Below are positions 26,014-29,399 of a stretch of 29,399 bases of DNA, piece after piece. The DNA comes from a virus (lineage: Duplodnaviria; Caudoviricetes), in IMG/VR virus record IMGVR_UViG_3300020043_002440, positions 1 through 29,399 of that record, one strand, 5' to 3'. Position 1 is the first letter of the stretch. Each line of letters opens with the position of its first letter. The position numbers were made by a program, and so were the translations under genes. The notes below the pieces were generated by a model. The model searched no databases. It saw nothing but the letters and a program-made list of their open reading frames with translations, and was not told the DNA's origin.

Positions 26014-26153
26014 CGGCGGTTGCGTGCTTTACGAAATTTCTCAGCCTCTGACAGTGCAATGGCTGCTGCTTGCTGTGATGAATATCCTTCGCTGATAAGC
26101 TTGCGGATGTTCATGCTGATAATCTCCTGGCTGTCTCCTTGGAATAGTGGCAT
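26010..26153 (-). CDS. Conserved small phage protein (47 aa, DUF6496-like)
   Basis: Not in the track; MPLFQGDSQEIISMNIRKLISEGYSSQQAAAIALSEAEKFRKARNRR with the QA.AIALSEA motif; ATGA-coupled to the HAD gene. Confidence 0.8.
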   Translation of the reverse strand: MPLFQGDSQEIISMNIRKLISEGYSSQQAAAIALSEAEKFRKARNRR

Positions 26154-26154
26154 G

Positions 26155-26553
26155 CTACAAATTTACTAAATTTTCGAAAAACAAGCTTTCTTGTGTGACA
26201 TTAATCGCGTGGCCCTTGTATATCATCTCATCGAGTTGCGATTGATAGATGAACAAATCGTGTATTTTGCCTTCAATAAAAGCTTTGACAGTGTGACCAA
26301 TTACTCCGCTTTTGTCTGCTGTTGGAGTAAGTATTCCAAAGTGATACTGCACATCCTTCTCTTTGCTCAAGACAAGCTTATTGATCTTGCCAAGCTTTCG
26401 AATGTCATCAACATCAAAGGCCACTGCAACATCGTAGTCAATTGCCGGATGTGTTAAATATCCAAAGTAGCAATGGTCCTTCATGTATGCCGAATCGACA
26501 AACACGCCAGCTCTAAGCCGGCGTGTGCATTGTTTGTGGTTATAACTGGTCAT
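26155..26553 (-). CDS. Hypothetical protein (132 aa, MTSYNHKQ...)
   Basis: Co-oriented ORF; start chosen to minimise overlap. Confidence 0.65.
   Translation of the reverse strand: MTSYNHKQCTRRLRAGVFVDSAYMKDHCYFGYLTHPAIDYDVAVAFDVDDIRKLGKINKLVLSKEKDVQYHFGILTPTADKSGVIGHTVKAFIEGKIHDLFIYQSQLDEMIYKGHAINVTQESLFFENLVNL
26158..26165 (-). promoter_or_regulatory. -7 promoter box at the start of the packaging/morphogenesis operon (leaderless geometry)
   Basis: TAAATTTG-TAGC-ATG. Confidence 0.6.
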
Positions 26554-26755
26554 CTTTCCAAGCGTGGTATTTATCGCATCCGAGAGTGTAGTAGTCTTTT
26601 TCGTTTGATTCGTACTGCTCATCCGTTTCTTCAACTGGATCTGGGTTAAGCATTAGGAATTCATCGGCCCACTTTGAATAGTTTGGGTGATTAACCATAA
26701 ACAAGTCAACACCGAAGTGTTTGATGTTTAATTTTTTTAATTCTGCTCTTGTCAT
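26540..26755 (-). CDS. Hypothetical protein (71 aa)
   Basis: ATG preceded by A/C-rich AAAACACACAAC. Confidence 0.6.
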   Translation of the reverse strand: MTRAELKKLNIKHFGVDLFMVNHPNYSKWADEFLMLNPDPVEETDEQYESNEKDYYTLGCDKYHAWKDDQL

Positions 26756-26799
26756 GTTGTGTGTGTTTTGATTTTGTATTGCATTTATCGTGCCAAAGT

Positions 26800-26988
26800 T
26801 TAGCAACCGTCTTCGGGCTCATGTCGCTTGCGCTCGATGGTCAAGCTTGCAAGATAATTGCGAACCATTTGTAGAATTGTTTCTTTGGCAGATGCAGGAA
26901 CCCTGAACGAGATTGTCGACATGCTTTCGCCATACATCGACTTTCGCCCGGCACCAGGTCGCCTGCCTCCGCGTTTTTCTGTTTTCAT
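26800..26988 (-). CDS. Putative DNA-binding protein (basic arm + ribbon-helix-helix-like)
   Basis: RGGRRPGAGRK followed by TISFRVP and an amphipathic helix. Confidence 0.7.
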   Translation of the reverse strand: MKTEKRGGRRPGAGRKSMYGESMSTISFRVPASAKETILQMVRNYLASLTIERKRHEPEDGC

Positions 26989-26993
26989 GTGTG

Positions 26994-27024
26994 CAAAGGT
27001 ATTTATTTGTTTGTGTTTTGCAAA
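26994..27024 (-). promoter_or_regulatory. Bacteroidota promoter (-33/-7), leaderless geometry
   Basis: TTTG (27024-27021) - 19 nt - TACCTTTG (27001-26994) - CACAC - ATG. Confidence 0.75.
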
Positions 27025-27239
27025 TTAATATTATTCTTGTGCAGAAGCTTCAGCCAATTAAATGCCTTCACCGCATAAGTGCGATGAACTGAAGTGCCCG
27101 GCTTGGCTGTTGTCAAGTACCTCGCGAGAGACCGATGCGCCTGCTGCGTTGAGGTGTAAGTTGTCGGGCCATCCACAAGCGTGCAATCATCTGGAAGCTT
27201 CTCAGTCATGTACTGGATGATCTTCGCGTATGTGCTCAT
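27003..27239 (-). CDS. Hypothetical protein (78 aa)
   Basis: ATGA-coupled to VRR-NUC. Confidence 0.65.
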   Translation of the reverse strand: MSTYAKIIQYMTEKLPDDCTLVDGPTTYTSTQQAHRSLARYLTTAKPGTSVHRTYAVKAFNWLKLLHKNNINLQNTNK

Positions 27240-27559
27240 GAGTTAATGACCTTCAAGAATTCTTGTTCATTTCGCACGATGTGATACTCATGGCCCAAAG
27301 ATATGCACAGTTGCTGGAACTTAATCTGCAATGGTGATTGCTTGCCGGTGTCTGTCTTCCATTCGATCCAGCACGTTCTACCTTCAGGCTTCATGAAGCA
27401 CATGTCTGCAACACCAGGCACAACTCCCATAGCTTTATTCATTGCTCCCTTTATGCCGTTCATGCTGTTGTTGTTGATTGCGAAAACTCTTCCACGTAAA
27501 TCGGGGCGCGCATTCCAGAGGTTTGTGAATGCCTTCGCCTGTGCTTTTACTTCACTCAT
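27236..27559 (-). CDS. VRR-NUC domain nuclease (PD-(D/E)xK)
   Basis: GVVPGVADM...WIEWKT..GKQS..Q..FQ motif; ATGA overlap at 27559. Confidence 0.9.
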   Translation of the reverse strand: MSEVKAQAKAFTNLWNARPDLRGRVFAINNNSMNGIKGAMNKAMGVVPGVADMCFMKPEGRTCWIEWKTDTGKQSPLQIKFQQLCISLGHEYHIVRNEQEFLKVINS

Positions 27560-27933
27560 ATCCACCAGTGTCGAATGTGATGTTGCAATTTATGGCATCG
27601 AGTGCACAGTGCTATGATATTTTTTTCATCGAAGCTGCCACCATCAACAAAGTCTATGATGTGTGCGCATTCCAATGTTTGACCATCAGGCAAACTGTGC
27701 TTATCAATTCCGCAAAAGCAGCATCGGTTTATATTGTTTCTTTCTAAGAATCCCTTGCAGTCTTTTTGAGATGCAGGTCTTTTGGCTTCATTTCCATCAA
27801 CTGGCAGCCAGCTGAACTTTTTGCAATTTGGACACGTTCCACCTTCCTGAGTTGATAAATTTGGATTTACTCTCAGATTTTCAAGCGGTTGCGGATTGCT
27901 ACAACCGGAGAATCTACAAATTTTTGGTATCAT
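27556..27933 (-). CDS. HNH endonuclease with N-terminal Zn-ribbon
   Basis: CCFCG...LECAHII....GG.....NIIALCTRCHKLQH; additional CRFSGC/CPNC. Confidence 0.9.
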   Translation of the reverse strand: MIPKICRFSGCSNPQPLENLRVNPNLSTQEGGTCPNCKKFSWLPVDGNEAKRPASQKDCKGFLERNNINRCCFCGIDKHSLPDGQTLECAHIIDFVDGGSFDEKNIIALCTRCHKLQHHIRHWWI

Positions 27934-28214
27934 GGACAGGACAGCTTAGTAGTTTGAAGGTGTCCGTTGTCTGGGTAAAATTCGCCTATATCCCAATCGT
28001 GCCAACGGATTGCAGCGATTTGGACAGCCTGTCCAAAAAAACATGCTGTATATATACTATATATGTGTGTGTGTGTGTGTGTGTGCATGTGTGTATATAT
28101 GTTGTTAATAATAGAAAAGTAAGTTGTAAGTTGTCCAAGTAGGCTCAAAGCATTGTTAAATATGGGCTTTCGAGTGGACAACTTTGGAATACATAAGATG
28201 TCCAAGGCTGTCCA
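27933..28214. other. Putative replication origin: clustered TGTCCA/TGGACA repeats
   Basis: Seven hexamer copies (27933, 28021, 28030, 28132, 28175, 28199, 28209) and two inverted repeats in the largest noncoding gap, right after the primase/helicase gene. Confidence 0.55.
28058..28102. repeat. 45-bp alternating purine-pyrimidine tract including (TG)11
   Basis: tatatatgtgtgtgtgtgtgtgtgtgtgcatgtgtgtatatatgt. Confidence 0.95.
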
Positions 28215-28215
28215 T

Positions 28216-29399
28216 TTACATCGGATTTCGGCTGATATAGTACATTGTGACCTTAGAATTGCCCTTCGTCTTACGGTCTTTCTCATAGCCTAACATGGTA
28301 AGAATCGAGCCAATACGTTGCAGATTCAGGAAGTTGAGCTTAGTATCCACCAGTAAGCACTGTTGAATTTCGGTAAGCGATAGCCACTCACCGTATGATG
28401 TCGCACTGCCAGGCATCAGCTTCTTGTGAATCAAGTCCTCCTCTGGAGTCGAATGCTTGAATGTGAGCGTTGAATCATTAAGCGAATCAATATCTTCACG
28501 CAAAATAGTGAAATCAAATCCAATGCGATACAGCGCATAGAGCTCACGCCATAATTCAACCTTATCGACTTTGTTGTACATCTCCTGGTCAATATCGATG
28601 ATGTGAATCGGAAGCTGCCTCCGGTTTCCAGTCGGATCGTTTAGTATCTGCGTTTCGTTGGACGTACCACAGAACACCGCCAATCGGCGAAGGTCCACCG
28701 ACACGCGGCCATAAGGCTCACGCACGTTGATGAACTCTTTGGACGTAAGTTCCTTGAGTCGCTTCTCTTCCTTCTTGGATTTACCGCCATACTCATCATC
28801 GAGAATAATCCACTTTTTGCACATCAGAATCTCGTCATCCTTGCCGGCATCCATCTTCGACTCAGCGAACATGTACCTCAACTGCTTGGGTAGCAGATAG
28901 CGGAACCAGTGAGTCTTTCCAGTGCCTTGCTTCTCACCTGAAAAGATAAGCACAAGCGGCGAGTGTTGACCGTATGCGGAAGCGACAACTGACACCAGCC
29001 ACTTACCGATCCACTTGTCTGCATCAGGCGTGTCAGTGATGACGCTGTTGATTAGCAAATCGACATTCGGGTACTCATCAGAAAGGTGGAGTTGTTCCTC
29101 GAAGAACTCATGCAACGGGTTGTATGTCTCGACACGATTGGAGAAAATTATGGCAGTGATCAGGTCTTTTGTAGCCTCTTTAAAGATGGCTTTGCAGTCA
29201 AGAAAAATTGAGTTGATGTCACTGTCATCGATGGGCCTTCCGTTAAGTTCAACGTTTCGAGTTACGATGTTTTTTCGTAGGTCAAAAGTCTTTATAAATG
29301 CCGCAATATCAGCGGATACGTTCTCCGATTTGAATTTAATATCCTTTGCTACTATCTCATTGACAACTTTCTCACTTTGCTCTGGTGAAATGCCAGAAG
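28216..29399 (-). CDS. VapE-family P-loop ATPase (primase/helicase), 5'-truncated by window edge
   Basis: Walker A SGEKQGTGKT, Walker B WIILDDE, R.PYGR, FCGTSN..ILNDPTGNRR; frame read manually as open to 29399. Confidence 0.85.
   Translation of the reverse strand, partial: SGISPEQSEKVVNEIVAKDIKFKSENVSADIAAFIKTFDLRKNIVTRNVELNGRPIDDSDINSIFLDCKAIFKEATKDLITAIIFSNRVETYNPLHEFFEEQLHLSDEYPNVDLLINSVITDTPDADKWIGKWLVSVVASAYGQHSPLVLIFSGEKQGTGKTHWFRYLLPKQLRYMFAESKMDAGKDDEILMCKKWIILDDEYGGKSKKEEKRLKELTSKEFINVREPYGRVSVDLRRLAVFCGTSNETQILNDPTGNRRQLPIHIIDIDQEMYNKVDKVELWRELYALYRIGFDFTILREDIDSLNDSTLTFKHSTPEEDLIHKKLMPGSATSYGEWLSLTEIQQCLLVDTKLNFLNLQRIGSILTMLGYEKDRKTKGNSKVTMYYISRNPM

Noticed and set aside
1040-28142. 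Numerous plus-strand ORFs in the track (e.g. 24100..24951, 25291..25974, 5290..5811)
   Set aside because: Antisense shadows of tightly packed minus-strand genes with no recognisable motifs
27930-28286. 118-aa ORF containing HTHTHTH
   Set aside because: Translation of the TG microsatellite and origin-like repeats; better explained as noncoding
1-29399. CRISPR array, tRNA/rRNA genes, stop-codon reassignment
   Set aside because: No regularly spaced repeats or cloverleafs seen in the few short intergenic gaps; genes are intact under code 11 and TAA, TGA and TAG all serve as stops

Overview
The whole window is a tailed dsDNA phage (siphovirus-like) genome segment, with every credible gene on the minus strand and no host genes or integrase. 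A Bacteroidota host is inferred from nine TAnnTTTG (-7) promoter boxes at gene boundaries and the lack of obvious Shine-Dalgarno motifs. In transcription order (right to left): VapE-type primase/helicase (partial), a putative replication origin (TGTCCA repeats plus a 45-bp alternating purine-pyrimidine tract), HNH and VRR-NUC nucleases, small early genes, HAD phosphatase, terminase small and large subunits, tail chaperone with -1 frameshift, tape measure, two tail-tip proteins, tail tube, glycosyltransferase and methyltransferase, portal, head morphogenesis protein, scaffold, major capsid, neck proteins, a fused tail-completion/fibre protein, a small fibre, a lysis cassette, and the start of another early module. 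The most notable observations are: (1) a hidden -1 frameshift cassette at the end of the major capsid gene that adds a 27-aa LLTQDG peptide also present at the C-terminus of a tail-tip protein; (2) structured 5' leaders on the capsid and tail-tube mRNAs whose 5' ends are complementary over 12 nt in a toehold-switch-like geometry, with a neighbouring candidate sRNA; (3) an orphan PAS-HisKA protein lacking a kinase domain, with its own promoter, inside the lysis cassette. All functional calls come from motif recognition by eye; no searches were run.
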